Shown here: positions 14,162 through 22,145 of the stretch, one piece after another
How positions within the stretch are numbered: position 1 is the stretch's first letter
How the letters are laid out: the number at the start of each line of letters is the position of its first letter
DNA from: an uncultured Candidatus Saccharibacteria bacterium
Lineage (GTDB): Bacteria > Patescibacteriota > SICC01
Assembly (NCBI GenBank): GCA_964476895.1
Contig: CAYZCS010000007.1
Span: 1 to 24,000 of the forward strand
DNA length: 24,000 nt
Direction: 5' to 3'
Program-made: the position numbers and the translations under genes
Notes under the pieces: generated by a model
The model's input: the letters and a program-made list of their open reading frames with translations, nothing else
What the model was told of the DNA's origin: nothing
Database searches by the model: none

Positions 14162-14647
14162 CTAGCGAAGGCTTTCCACCACGGACGTCACTTCCTCGAT
14201 CCTGTCCGCCGGCAACGCCTCTTGGTTCAGGCCCATCTCGTGCTCAAGCGAAAGATTCGCGTAACCCTCGACGAGCCAGGCCTCCAGTTGGCCGGTGTCG
14301 CCCGCTTCGCGTGCTCGCTGTATGTCCTCGATGGAGAACGGTGGGTGATACCGGTGCTCCCGCACGATCCCGTGGTCATCCCGCGTGAAGACCTGCTGCT
14401 CAGTGGAGTCCGCTACTCTCCTGATGATGCGGTAGAAACGGCTGCCTTCGACCTCCACGGGCTGCAGGGTGACCGGGCTGAAGTCCCGGTCGACGAGCGC
14501 TAGCTCCGGTCCGATCAAGCCATTCGAAATGCTGTGGGAATACTCCTGCCACTTGGCGTCGAACGCGCCATCGAGCCGTTCGACGGCCGCTTCCTGTTCG
14601 GCGAGCCGCCGTAGTTCGTCGTTCTCATGATTCTCTTCCCTGGTCAT
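14162..14647 (-). CDS. Hypothetical acidic cytoplasmic protein (161 aa)
   Basis: Long ORF with normal composition. No recognisable family. Confidence 0.6.
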   Translation of the reverse strand: MTREENHENDELRRLAEQEAAVERLDGAFDAKWQEYSHSISNGLIGPELALVDRDFSPVTLQPVEVEGSRFYRIIRRVADSTEQQVFTRDDHGIVREHRYHPPFSIEDIQRAREAGDTGQLEAWLVEGYANLSLEHEMGLNQEALPADRIEEVTSVVESLR

Positions 14648-14680
14648 GACGCCCCATCGTAACGGTAAAAATACCGTTAG

Positions 14681-14734
14681 ACAAAGAAAAAAGAGAGGAG
14701 AAAGTCATATGGGTGATGAATTTGATTCCTCTCT
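14681..14734 (-). terminator. Candidate terminator of the 216-aa membrane protein gene
   Basis: On the minus strand, AGAGAGGA (14734-14727) pairs with TCCTCTCT (14699-14692) and is followed by TTTTTCTTTGT. The 27-nt loop is large, which lowers confidence. Confidence 0.45.
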
Positions 14735-14818
14735 TTGGAGTGTATTCCCCGTCCGGAACATCGCTGATGCGATGCGGCCACTCGGATTGAGTACGGGGTT
14801 ACGGGCCGGTTGGTGGTG

Positions 14819-15469
14819 CTAGTGCTGCTCGGTGAGCTGGGAGCGGAAGTTCCGCAGTACTCTCTCCCGGGCCTCCGGCGAAAGCCGGTTGAGCTCTTGG
14901 ATGAACGCGGTGTCCGCGGGGGTCAACCGATCCATGGTCGGAACGTCTTGGAACCGGTTCGGTGCGTCACCGCTTACGGCTCCTCCGGACTGGCCGGTGA
15001 CGTCCTCGGGCGACGCATTCCGCTTCCATGCGAAGACGCGGTAGTTGTCGGCGAGGAAGTACAGGGCCGCCAGGACGAACGGAGCCAGCAGCACCAGCCC
15101 CAGGAAGTTGCCCTGGACGTCGTTGATGGTGGGATGGAGCGCCAGCACGGTGAAGCATGTGGCGAAACCGATGCCCAGCGTCAGCAAGAAGCGGCGCTGG
15201 TGGGCGGCGATGAAAGCCGCGGAGATGATTCCCGCCACCGTGACGATCTCGAGGACGGTCGTTACGCCCTCGTTCAGTACGAGCAGGCTGTACCCCTGCA
15301 TGTAGCTGGGAATCGTCAGGTAGGTCTCGGACGTCGACCCATCGGCGAAACCGCCGACCAGCTCGGTCTCGAGACCGGAGATGCTGATGAAGCTGCCGAT
15401 CAGCAGCACCTGGGCGGCCGCGGCGATGCCGAGCAAGCCCCAGACGACCCTGTTGATATTGGAGCTCAA
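14819..15469 (-). CDS. Hypothetical integral membrane protein (216 aa, about 5 TM, soluble C-terminal tail)
   Basis: Hydrophobic ORF. No recognisable family. Confidence 0.6.
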   Translation of the reverse strand: MSSNINRVVWGLLGIAAAAQVLLIGSFISISGLETELVGGFADGSTSETYLTIPSYMQGYSLLVLNEGVTTVLEIVTVAGIISAAFIAAHQRRFLLTLGIGFATCFTVLALHPTINDVQGNFLGLVLLAPFVLAALYFLADNYRVFAWKRNASPEDVTGQSGGAVSGDAPNRFQDVPTMDRLTPADTAFIQELNRLSPEARERVLRNFRSQLTEQH

Positions 15470-15592
15470 AGCTCCACCTCCTAGTTGTAGATGTGCACGA
15501 TAGCCTTATGCCATCGGCAAGAAAGTACCATAACAGAGCTAATTATTCAAGTACTGTCGAATGATGCAGCAGGATAGCGCTAAGCTGGTTAC

Positions 15593-16150
15593 ATGGGCTT
15601 CCTCGGCTACCTCGACTACCAGCTGACGCGTGCTGCCACGGAGATCGGCGGCACCAGCCCGCTCCGTGCCGAGATCGTGAACTTCGCGGCTGATTTGCTT
15701 CCGTACTTCTTCACCGCGGCGGCGGTCTGGATCTTCCTGAGCGGCCGGACCAAACGCCAGAAAGAGAAAGGGCAGGACGCGGTGATCGCGGCGCTCGGTG
15801 CCGTGCTGCTCGCGATCGGTACGCACTGGCTGATCGGCGAGGTGTTTCACCGCGACCGGCCGTTCGTGACGCACCAAATCAATTACGTCGAGCTGGTGGA
15901 TCCGCTCGAGCAGTCCTTCCCGAGCGGCCATGCGATGATCCTCTTCGCGTTCGCGGGGACGATCTACTTCATCGGGAACCATCGGAAGTGGGGCGTCATC
16001 CTGCTGACCGTCGCGGCGGTCGTGGCGATCGCCCGGGTCGTTGCCGGCGTGCACTATCCCAGCGACGTGATTGCCGGCGCGCTGCTCGGACTCGCCCTCG
16101 CCAAGCTCGTCTCCTGGCAGAGCCGGTGGCTGGCCAAGGAAATGCGCTAG
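15593..16150 (+). CDS. PAP2 superfamily phosphatase (BcrC/PgpB-like, candidate undecaprenyl-diphosphate phosphatase)
   Basis: The three PAP2 motifs are present: ...RDRPF..., SFPSGHA, and RVVAGVHYPSDVIAG. Confidence 0.85.
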   Translation: MGFLGYLDYQLTRAATEIGGTSPLRAEIVNFAADLLPYFFTAAAVWIFLSGRTKRQKEKGQDAVIAALGAVLLAIGTHWLIGEVFHRDRPFVTHQINYVELVDPLEQSFPSGHAMILFAFAGTIYFIGNHRKWGVILLTVAAVVAIARVVAGVHYPSDVIAGALLGLALAKLVSWQSRWLAKEMR

Positions 16151-16203
16151 GCGTACACTGACCAGTCACCTTCACATACCGTTGTCGACCAAAAGGAGGG
16201 GCC

Positions 16204-16401
16204 GTGGAGCTTTTTTTGCTATTGCTGATCGCCGCGGCCCTGCTCGGGTCGCGCCTTGCCAGGAGCTGCCTGCTCGGCATGTTCTGGTTCATCGTCCTGG
16301 CCGTTGCGTTCATCCTGTTCCTCGCGATCCTCATCCAAAGCGACGTGAAGGACAACGACCGGCCCGCCAAACCCCGGACGGAGATCGTCCGGACAATCTG
16401 A
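16204..16401 (+). CDS. Small hydrophobic peptide 1 (65 aa, 2 TM)
   Basis: GTG start preceded by AAGGAGG (16193-16199). Two hydrophobic helices followed by a charged tail. Confidence 0.5.
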   Translation: MELFLLLLIAAALLGSRLARSCLLGMFWFIVLAVAFILFLAILIQSDVKDNDRPAKPRTEIVRTI

Positions 16402-16414
16402 AAGGACTCGTTCC

Positions 16415-16546
16415 ATGAAGCAGTCGCTGAGAATGGTGGCGATCGCCGTTCCGGTGGGTACGCTGGCCGGTTTCTTCGAGGCCGTCGGCGCATCCCTGGC
16501 GTGTTTCGTCGCGATGGGTTGCTACATGAGCAATCGGATGCTCTGA
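16415..16546 (+). CDS. Small hydrophobic peptide 2 (43 aa)
   Basis: Hand translation gives MKQSLRMVAIAVPVGTLAGFFEAVGASLACFVAMGCYMSNRML. AAAGGA lies 8 nt upstream of the ATG. The ORF falls below the ORF-track length cutoff. Confidence 0.35.
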   Translation: MKQSLRMVAIAVPVGTLAGFFEAVGASLACFVAMGCYMSNRML

Positions 16547-16556
16547 AAGGAGTCAC

Positions 16557-16709
16557 ATGGAAATCATGGCAGCAAGCGAAACCCTGAAGGTCGTCGCCGT
16601 GACCCTGCTTGTTCTGGGAGGAGCGGCATTTCTGGTCTTCGAGCCGCTCTTCTACGCCATGTTGTACGGGGAGCCGCCCGACGACGCGGACGAGTCCGGC
16701 CATGCGTGA
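16557..16709 (+). CDS. Small hydrophobic peptide 3 (50 aa, 1 TM, acidic tail)
   Basis: Hand translation gives MEIMAASETLKVVAVTLLVLGGAAFLVFEPLFYAMLYGEPPDDADESGHA. A strong AAAGGAG Shine-Dalgarno lies 5 nt upstream. Confidence 0.45.
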   Translation: MEIMAASETLKVVAVTLLVLGGAAFLVFEPLFYAMLYGEPPDDADESGHA

Positions 16710-16899
16710 CTGGGGCATCCTGATCCCGATGTCATTCGTGCCGGCAGGGCTCGCGTTCTTCGCGGGAGTCGTCTCATTCCTCACCGGTTCGGCATTCCTG
16801 ACCAACCTGCTTCGCGTTTCTGCGCTCGCCGTGATCGTCCTGATCATCCTGTTTCTCAACGATCAGGTCCGGCGCGCCTTGGACGGCGGACATCCCTAA
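16702..16899 (+). CDS. Small hydrophobic peptide 4 (65 aa, 2 TM)
   Basis: MRDWGILIPMSFVPAGLAFFAGVVSFLTGSAFLTNLLRVSALAVIVLIILFL... The ATG overlaps the end of peptide 3 within ATGCGTGA. Confidence 0.45.
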   Translation: MRDWGILIPMSFVPAGLAFFAGVVSFLTGSAFLTNLLRVSALAVIVLIILFLNDQVRRALDGGHP

Positions 16900-16901
16900 G
16901 G

Positions 16902-16970
16902 CGGCGATCCGTCATCCCCGTTTCGATCTCACGATTTGAAACGACCGGATGATGGGTTGCCGTCTTTTTA
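16902..16970 (+). terminator. Rho-independent terminator after the micro-ORF cluster
   Basis: 16-bp stem (16902-16917 with 16947-16962, including three G-U pairs) with an inner GTTTC/GAAAC helix, followed by TCTTTTTA. Confidence 0.6.
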
Positions 16971-17011
16971 CTTGCGCGGGGAACCGCCGCATACGGTAGG
17001 CTGGAATCCGT

Positions 17012-17794
17012 ATGGAGTACGTCTACGCCGCGATTCTCGGCATCGTCCAGGGGCTCACTGAGTTCCTGCCGGTCTCCTCGACCGGTCATCTGGCGCTGGC
17101 GCAGGAGCTGTTCGGTCTCGACCAGTCCCGGTTCGGATTGCAGTTCGACGCGGCGATCCATCTCGGCACCGCGGCGGCGGTCGTCGGGTTCTTCCGCCGC
17201 GACCTCTGGCGGGTGGTGACCGGATTTCGCAAGCCGGAAGAACGGAAGCTTGGATACTCCCTGGTAATCGCGAGCATCCCGGCCGGCCTGGCCGGACTGA
17301 TGTTCGAGGACCTGATCGAGGGACCGCTCCGCGATCCGGCGGTGATCGCGACGGCCCTGGCGGTCGGTGCGCTCGTCTTCCTGATGGTCGAGCGGGTGGC
17401 GAAGGCGCGGAAAGACGTCCGTGACGCCTCGGTCCTGGACGCGCTGATCATCGGTCTGGCCCAAGCGCTCGCGCTGATTCCCGGCGTCTCCCGCTCCGGC
17501 TCGACCACGGTCACCGGCATGCTGCTCGGACTCAAACGGGCGGAGGCGGCGCGCTTCGCCTTCCTGCTCTCCGTGCCGATCGTGGTGGCGGCCGGTGGCA
17601 AGAAGTTCTTCGATACCCTGAGCGAGGGAAGCGACGGAGTGATCGGCATCACCCTGGTCGGACTCGCGACCTCGGCGGTCGTCGGATACTTCACGATCCG
17701 GTATCTCCTCCGGTTCCTCCAGCAGAACCGCCTCGATGTCTTCGCCTACTACCGCCTGGTCCTGGCGGGCGTAATCGTACTGACGCTCTTGTAA
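17012..17794 (+). CDS. uppP: Undecaprenyl-diphosphate phosphatase (BacA/UppP)
   Basis: GIVQGLTEFLPVSSTGHL N-terminal motif, PGVSRSG.T motif, and 8-TM length. Confidence 0.95.
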   Translation: MEYVYAAILGIVQGLTEFLPVSSTGHLALAQELFGLDQSRFGLQFDAAIHLGTAAAVVGFFRRDLWRVVTGFRKPEERKLGYSLVIASIPAGLAGLMFEDLIEGPLRDPAVIATALAVGALVFLMVERVAKARKDVRDASVLDALIIGLAQALALIPGVSRSGSTTVTGMLLGLKRAEAARFAFLLSVPIVVAAGGKKFFDTLSEGSDGVIGITLVGLATSAVVGYFTIRYLLRFLQQNRLDVFAYYRLVLAGVIVLTLL

Positions 17795-17821
17795 GGTAGG
17801 GGCGTAAAGGGGTACTCGCAG

Positions 17822-19417
17822 ATGTTCAAAGACGTGACCGGTCCGGAGGGGGCTTCGAAGCAATCAGACGCAGGCGGCGTCGTCGCCGCCGGAAGCCCGG
17901 AAACGGTCCGAGCCGGGACGGAGATCCTGCAAGCCGGCGGCACCGCTGCGGACGCCGCGATCGCCTGTGCGTTCGCGGCCTGCGCCGCCGAGCCGCATCT
18001 GATCGCGCTCGGGGCCGGCGGGTTCATGCTGACCCACGACGCCGCGACCGGCCGGCAGACGCTGCTCGACTACTTCGTGGCGATGCCCGGCGAGGGTCTC
18101 GAGAAGGAGCAACGGAAACTCGCGAAGCTCACGCCGACGCCGGTCGACTTCGGCAGCACCGTGCAGATGTTCCACTCCGGTCACGCCGCCAACGGCGTGC
18201 CGGGATTCGTGGCGGGGATGTACGCGGCGCACGAGCGGTTCGGGACGCTCCCCATGGCGCGGCTGCTCGAGCCGGCGCAACGGATCGCCACGGAAGGCGT
18301 GGTGGTCGGCGAACAGCAGAGCTACCTGTTCGAGCTACTGCACAACATCCTGACGCTCACGGAGGATTCGAAGCGACGGTTCGCCAAGGACGGCGGCCCC
18401 TACCGGAAAGGCGATACGTTCCGGTACCCGGAGCTGGCCGAGACGCTGGCAGAGATCGCCGCCGGCGGTGCGGACACGTTCTACCGCGGCGCGCTCGCGG
18501 AGCGGATCGTCCGCGAATCCGCGGCCGGGGGCGGCCGGATTACCGCCGCGGACCTGGCGGCGTACGAAGTGATCGAACGCGATCCCGTCCGGATCGAATA
18601 TCGCGGTTCGGAGATCGTGGGGAATCCGCCGCCGTCGTCCGGCGGCGCGCTGATCGCCCACACGCTCAGGCTGCTTTCGCACTTCGACCTGGCGGGACTC
18701 GGGCGCGATTCCTACGAACGGCTCCGGCATGTGGTCGAAGCGCAGCTCGCGACGAACACCGTCCGCCGCGTCCGGTTCGACGCGCACCTGCATGACGAGG
18801 ACGTGCTGGAGCGGCTCCTGGCGGAGGAGCAGGTCGTCCACGACCATCAGGGCATCACCAACCGGCTCGGCAACACGACCCACTGCGTGGTGATCGACGG
18901 TAACGGCAACGCCGTCAGCATGACCAACTCGAACGGGGCCTGCTCCGGCGTACAGGTGCCGGGTACCGGGATCCAGCTCAACTCGATGCTCGGCGAGGAG
19001 GACCTGAACCCGCAGGGGTTCCACAAGCATCCGGTCGGCTCGCGGATTCCCTCGATGATGGCGCCGACCCTGGTGCTCGACCGCGGCGAGGTTCGCCTGG
19101 CGGTCGGGTCGGCCGGCAGCAACCGGATCCGGAGCGCGATCCTGCAGACGATCCTCGGCGTGCTTGATGACGGCCTGCCGTTGGACGAGGCGGTCGAGGC
19201 GCCGCGGGTGCACGTGGAGGGAGATTCGGCGGAGATCGAAGGCGGCATCGACCCCAAGCATGCCAAGCGCCTCACCGCGGACGGCTACCAGGTGAATCTG
19301 TGGAAGGACCGGAACCTGTTCTTCGGCGGCGTGCAGGCCGCCGTCCGGAACCCGCGGACCGGCACGTTGACCGGCCACGGCGACACCCGCCGCGGCGGCG
19401 CGGCGATGACGGTCTGA
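17822..19417 (+). CDS. ggt: Gamma-glutamyltransferase family protein (no obvious signal peptide)
   Basis: GGTAADAAIA...GGGGF-like N-terminus. The autoprocessing/nucleophile region is GNTTHCVVIDGNGNAVSMTNS, with an SSMAPT-like segment downstream. Confidence 0.9.
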   Translation: MFKDVTGPEGASKQSDAGGVVAAGSPETVRAGTEILQAGGTAADAAIACAFAACAAEPHLIALGAGGFMLTHDAATGRQTLLDYFVAMPGEGLEKEQRKLAKLTPTPVDFGSTVQMFHSGHAANGVPGFVAGMYAAHERFGTLPMARLLEPAQRIATEGVVVGEQQSYLFELLHNILTLTEDSKRRFAKDGGPYRKGDTFRYPELAETLAEIAAGGADTFYRGALAERIVRESAAGGGRITAADLAAYEVIERDPVRIEYRGSEIVGNPPPSSGGALIAHTLRLLSHFDLAGLGRDSYERLRHVVEAQLATNTVRRVRFDAHLHDEDVLERLLAEEQVVHDHQGITNRLGNTTHCVVIDGNGNAVSMTNSNGACSGVQVPGTGIQLNSMLGEEDLNPQGFHKHPVGSRIPSMMAPTLVLDRGEVRLAVGSAGSNRIRSAILQTILGVLDDGLPLDEAVEAPRVHVEGDSAEIEGGIDPKHAKRLTADGYQVNLWKDRNLFFGGVQAAVRNPRTGTLTGHGDTRRGGAAMTV

Positions 19418-19421
19418 ATCC

Positions 19422-19835
19422 CTATCGTCGGAACCGGTCGGGAATCAGGTCGAGCGCGAAGAGCGAGGCGACGAACGCGCCCAGTAACGTCAGGAACAGC
19501 GCCAGCAGAAATGCGGAGAGGCGTGGGCGGCGGCGCACGAACCGGACCACGGCCCGGGTGAAGGAGCTGTCCTTGGCACGGTCGGCGTGCTCGAGGGCCT
19601 GCTGGAGCAGCCGCTCCGCCCAGTGGAACTCGAGCGCCAGCAGATAGAGGCCGATCGGGATCACGGCGAACGCGGGACCGGGCAACGCCAGCAGCAACAG
19701 TCCCCAGCTCGTGACCAATGCGCCGGCCACGATCGTCAGTCCCCGGACCAACTTGCTGCGCTGCCGGTGGTTCACCCGGCTCAATTGGAGGCGCTTCACC
19801 AGTCCGAACTCACGTCTTTTGGGAACTCTTGCCAT
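19422..19835 (-). CDS. PGPGW-type small transmembrane protein
   Basis: LLLALPGPAFAVIPIGLYLLALEFHWAERLL resembles the PGPGW membrane family. The call is by eye. Confidence 0.55.
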   Translation of the reverse strand: MARVPKRREFGLVKRLQLSRVNHRQRSKLVRGLTIVAGALVTSWGLLLLALPGPAFAVIPIGLYLLALEFHWAERLLQQALEHADRAKDSSFTRAVVRFVRRRPRLSAFLLALFLTLLGAFVASLFALDLIPDRFRR

Positions 19836-20238
19836 GCGCCCGGATGATACACTAATTCCCGTGGCATCTCGGAATAAGCTTTCTTTCTATTACTTCATCA
19901 GCGCGGTGGGGCTCTTCATTGTCGGGTACGGCCTGGCCTGGTTCTCGGAGCAGCCGCTCTTCTCGAAGGAGATCTTTCCCCGGTCCGAAGAACGGACCGC
20001 GACGGTGCCCACGCCGAGCGGCGCGCCGGCTTCGGGCGGTGACGAAGTGCCATCCGACAGCGAGGCCTCCGTCCGGCCCGGCCGCCAGTACGAGGTCCAG
20101 CCCGGCGATACGATCAGCTCGATCGCCCAGGCAAACGGCATGGCTTTCGAGGAGCTCGCCGAATACAACGGCATCCCGTATCCGTACAACCTGGCCGTCG
20201 GCCAAATCATCGTGATCCCCGAAGGTGGCGATGAATAA
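19834..20238 (+). CDS. LysM domain membrane-anchored protein
   Basis: TM helix followed by a C-terminal LysM domain (YEVQPGDTISSIAQANGMAFEELAEYNGI..PYNLAVGQIIVIP). The start was chosen at the ATG at 19834. Confidence 0.8.
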   Translation: MRPDDTLIPVASRNKLSFYYFISAVGLFIVGYGLAWFSEQPLFSKEIFPRSEERTATVPTPSGAPASGGDEVPSDSEASVRPGRQYEVQPGDTISSIAQANGMAFEELAEYNGIPYPYNLAVGQIIVIPEGGDE

Positions 20239-21532
20239 GCCCGCCCGGAAAGCAGGACAGGTACCGGTGTTCCGCACGCGGACGCTGGACAGCGGCCTGA
20301 CCGTCGTGACCGTTCCCCGTCCCGGCACCGAGGCGGCGACCGTGAGCTTCCTGTTCCGCGGCGGCAGCCGGTACGAGACGCCGGAGACGAACGGTATCGC
20401 GCACTTCAACGAACACCTGGCGTTCAAGGGCGGCAAGCGGTATCCGGACTACCGGGCGGTGACCCAGGCGTTCGACAAGATCGGCGCGGTGTCCAACGCG
20501 TTCACCGGCGCGGAAGTGACGGGCTTCTGGGCGAAGACCCGTGCCGCGCACATCCTCGACGTGGCTGACGTCTTCTCCGACGTCCTGACCGCTACCGCGT
20601 ACGACCCGGACGAGCTCAACAAGGAGCGTGGCGTAATCATCGAGGAGATCAACATGTATGAGGATGATCCGGCCGCTGACATCTACCAGGTGCTGGAAGC
20701 CGTGACGTTCCCGGACCATCCGCTCGGCCGGTCCACCCTCGGGCCGAAGGAAAACATCCGCCGGTTCACGCCGGACGACTTCCGCGCGTACGAGCGGCGG
20801 CACCAGACCCCGGACCGCTGCGTGCTGGTAATCGCTGGCAAGGTGGACGGTCTCGACGAGGCGAAGCTCGATGAGCTGCTCGGCCGGTTCTCCGGCACCA
20901 GTGACGTCCGGCCGGAAGCGGCGGTCGTTTCCCAGACCGAGCCGCGACTCCGGGTGAAGACCAAGCGGACCGAACAGACGCACATCGGCCTGACGCTCCG
21001 CGCGCCTTCGCTGGCCGATCGCGCCGCGTCGCCGGTACTCGGCGTGTTGGCGCAGCTCCTCGGCGGGACCATGAGTTCGCGGCTGTTCACCGAGGTCCGT
21101 GAGAAGCGCGGCTTGGCCTACTACGTGCGGGCGCTCCCGGACCAGCTGACCGATGCCGGCATGCTGGTGGTCGCGGCGGGAGTGAAGAACGACCAGGCGC
21201 ATGACGCGCTGGGAGCGATCATCACGGAGCTCAAGCGGCTGCGTGACGGCGACCTGCCGGCGGACGAGCTCGCCATGCACAAGGATTCCCAGATGGGCCG
21301 GCTGGCGCTCAAGTGGGAGGATTCGATGGCGCTGGCTGAATTCTACGGCGAACAGCAGCTGCTGATCGGCGACGTGAAGACCACCAAGGACCGACTGGGG
21401 GAGATCGCGGCGGTCACGCGGGACCAGGTGATCGACCTGGCGAAGGAGATCGTCGGGGATAAGGGCCTGAGCGCCGCGGTGATCGGTCCACACGAGGATG
21501 CGAAGTTCAAGGACGTGCTGACGTTCGAGTAG
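20231..21532 (+). CDS. M16 (pitrilysin/insulinase) family zinc peptidase
   Basis: Inverted zinc motif HFNEH (HxxEH) within GIAHFNEHLAFKG, and two-domain M16 length. GTG at 20225 is an alternative start. Confidence 0.9.
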   Translation: MNKPARKAGQVPVFRTRTLDSGLTVVTVPRPGTEAATVSFLFRGGSRYETPETNGIAHFNEHLAFKGGKRYPDYRAVTQAFDKIGAVSNAFTGAEVTGFWAKTRAAHILDVADVFSDVLTATAYDPDELNKERGVIIEEINMYEDDPAADIYQVLEAVTFPDHPLGRSTLGPKENIRRFTPDDFRAYERRHQTPDRCVLVIAGKVDGLDEAKLDELLGRFSGTSDVRPEAAVVSQTEPRLRVKTKRTEQTHIGLTLRAPSLADRAASPVLGVLAQLLGGTMSSRLFTEVREKRGLAYYVRALPDQLTDAGMLVVAAGVKNDQAHDALGAIITELKRLRDGDLPADELAMHKDSQMGRLALKWEDSMALAEFYGEQQLLIGDVKTTKDRLGEIAAVTRDQVIDLAKEIVGDKGLSAAVIGPHEDAKFKDVLTFE

Positions 21533-21554
21533 GCGTTCGGGTAGACTGGAGCGT

Positions 21555-22145
21555 ATGAAAGAGATCAAGCAGGAACGGACGCTGGTATTGGTGAAGCCGG
21601 ACGGGGTGATGCGCGGACTCACCGGCGAGGTGCTGCAGCGGATCGAGCGCCGCGGGCTCAAGGTCATCGCGCTGAAGATGGTGCAGGTCGACCGCGAACA
21701 TCTGGAGGGGCATTTCCCGAGCGAAGAAAGCTGGGTGGCCCGGCTCGGTGAGAAGGGCCTCAAGACCTTCGCTGAATACAAGATCGACGTGAAGGAGCAC
21801 ATGGGGACCGACGACAAGGTCGAGATCGGGAAGATCGTGAAGGAGAGCCTGTTCGAATACATGGCCAGCGGTCCGGTGGTGGCGGCCGTGATCGAAGGCA
21901 TCCACGCCATCGACATGGTACGGAAGCTTGCCGGTCACACGCTGCCGGTCTTCGCCGACATGGGGACGATCCGCGGCGACTACTCCGTGGATTCGCCGGC
22001 GGTTGCCAACGTGGAAAAGCGGGCGATCAAGAACATCATGCACGCCTCCGAAACGCCCGAAGAGGCCAAGAACGAGATCGACCTCTGGTTCAGCAAGGAC
22101 GAGCTGCACTCGTACGTCCGCGCCGAAGAATCCGCGATGTTCTGA
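21555..22145 (+). CDS. ndk: Nucleoside-diphosphate kinase, long form with internal insertions
   Basis: ERTLVLVKPDGV, GTIRGDY and NIMHASE (active-site His) motifs. At 196 aa it is longer than the roughly 140-150 aa typical of NDK. Confidence 0.9.
   Translation: MKEIKQERTLVLVKPDGVMRGLTGEVLQRIERRGLKVIALKMVQVDREHLEGHFPSEESWVARLGEKGLKTFAEYKIDVKEHMGTDDKVEIGKIVKESLFEYMASGPVVAAVIEGIHAIDMVRKLAGHTLPVFADMGTIRGDYSVDSPAVANVEKRAIKNIMHASETPEEAKNEIDLWFSKDELHSYVRAEESAMF

Noticed and set aside
14421-14438. CUGAUGA-UGCGGUA-GAAA on the + strand, superficially hammerhead-like.
   Set aside because: The 7 nt between the core halves cannot form stem II (at most 2 pairs, and no G10.1-C11.1). It lies antisense within a CDS and has no flanking stem I or stem III partners.
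14709-14822. 37-aa + strand ORF with a good AGGAG Shine-Dalgarno in the spacer between two minus-strand genes.
   Set aside because: The Shine-Dalgarno-like purine run is one arm of the candidate minus-strand terminator hairpin. The peptide has no hydrophobic or other pattern, and the ORF runs into the 3' end of the opposite gene. It is probably fortuitous.
15384-15390. Other CUGAUGA heptamers: + strand at 15384-15390 and minus strand at 1587-1581.
   Set aside because: No GAAA follows a closed stem II in either case. Both are inside coding regions and are chance occurrences.
15996-17863. 287-aa and 335-aa minus-strand ORFs opposite the micro-ORF cluster and uppP.
   Set aside because: The translations are Arg/Pro/Asp-rich and lack motifs. 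The + strand has uppP, Shine-Dalgarno-preceded hydrophobic ORFs and a + strand terminator. These are treated as antisense shadows.
18335-19378. 347-aa minus-strand ORF inside ggt.
   Set aside because: It is a shadow ORF opposite a full-length gamma-glutamyltransferase with an intact nucleophile motif.
20207-21916. 569-aa ORF on the minus strand opposite the M16 peptidase and ndk.
   Set aside because: It is a shadow ORF. The sequence is low-complexity and Arg/Leu/Pro-rich, while the + strand encodes clear M16 and NDK motifs.
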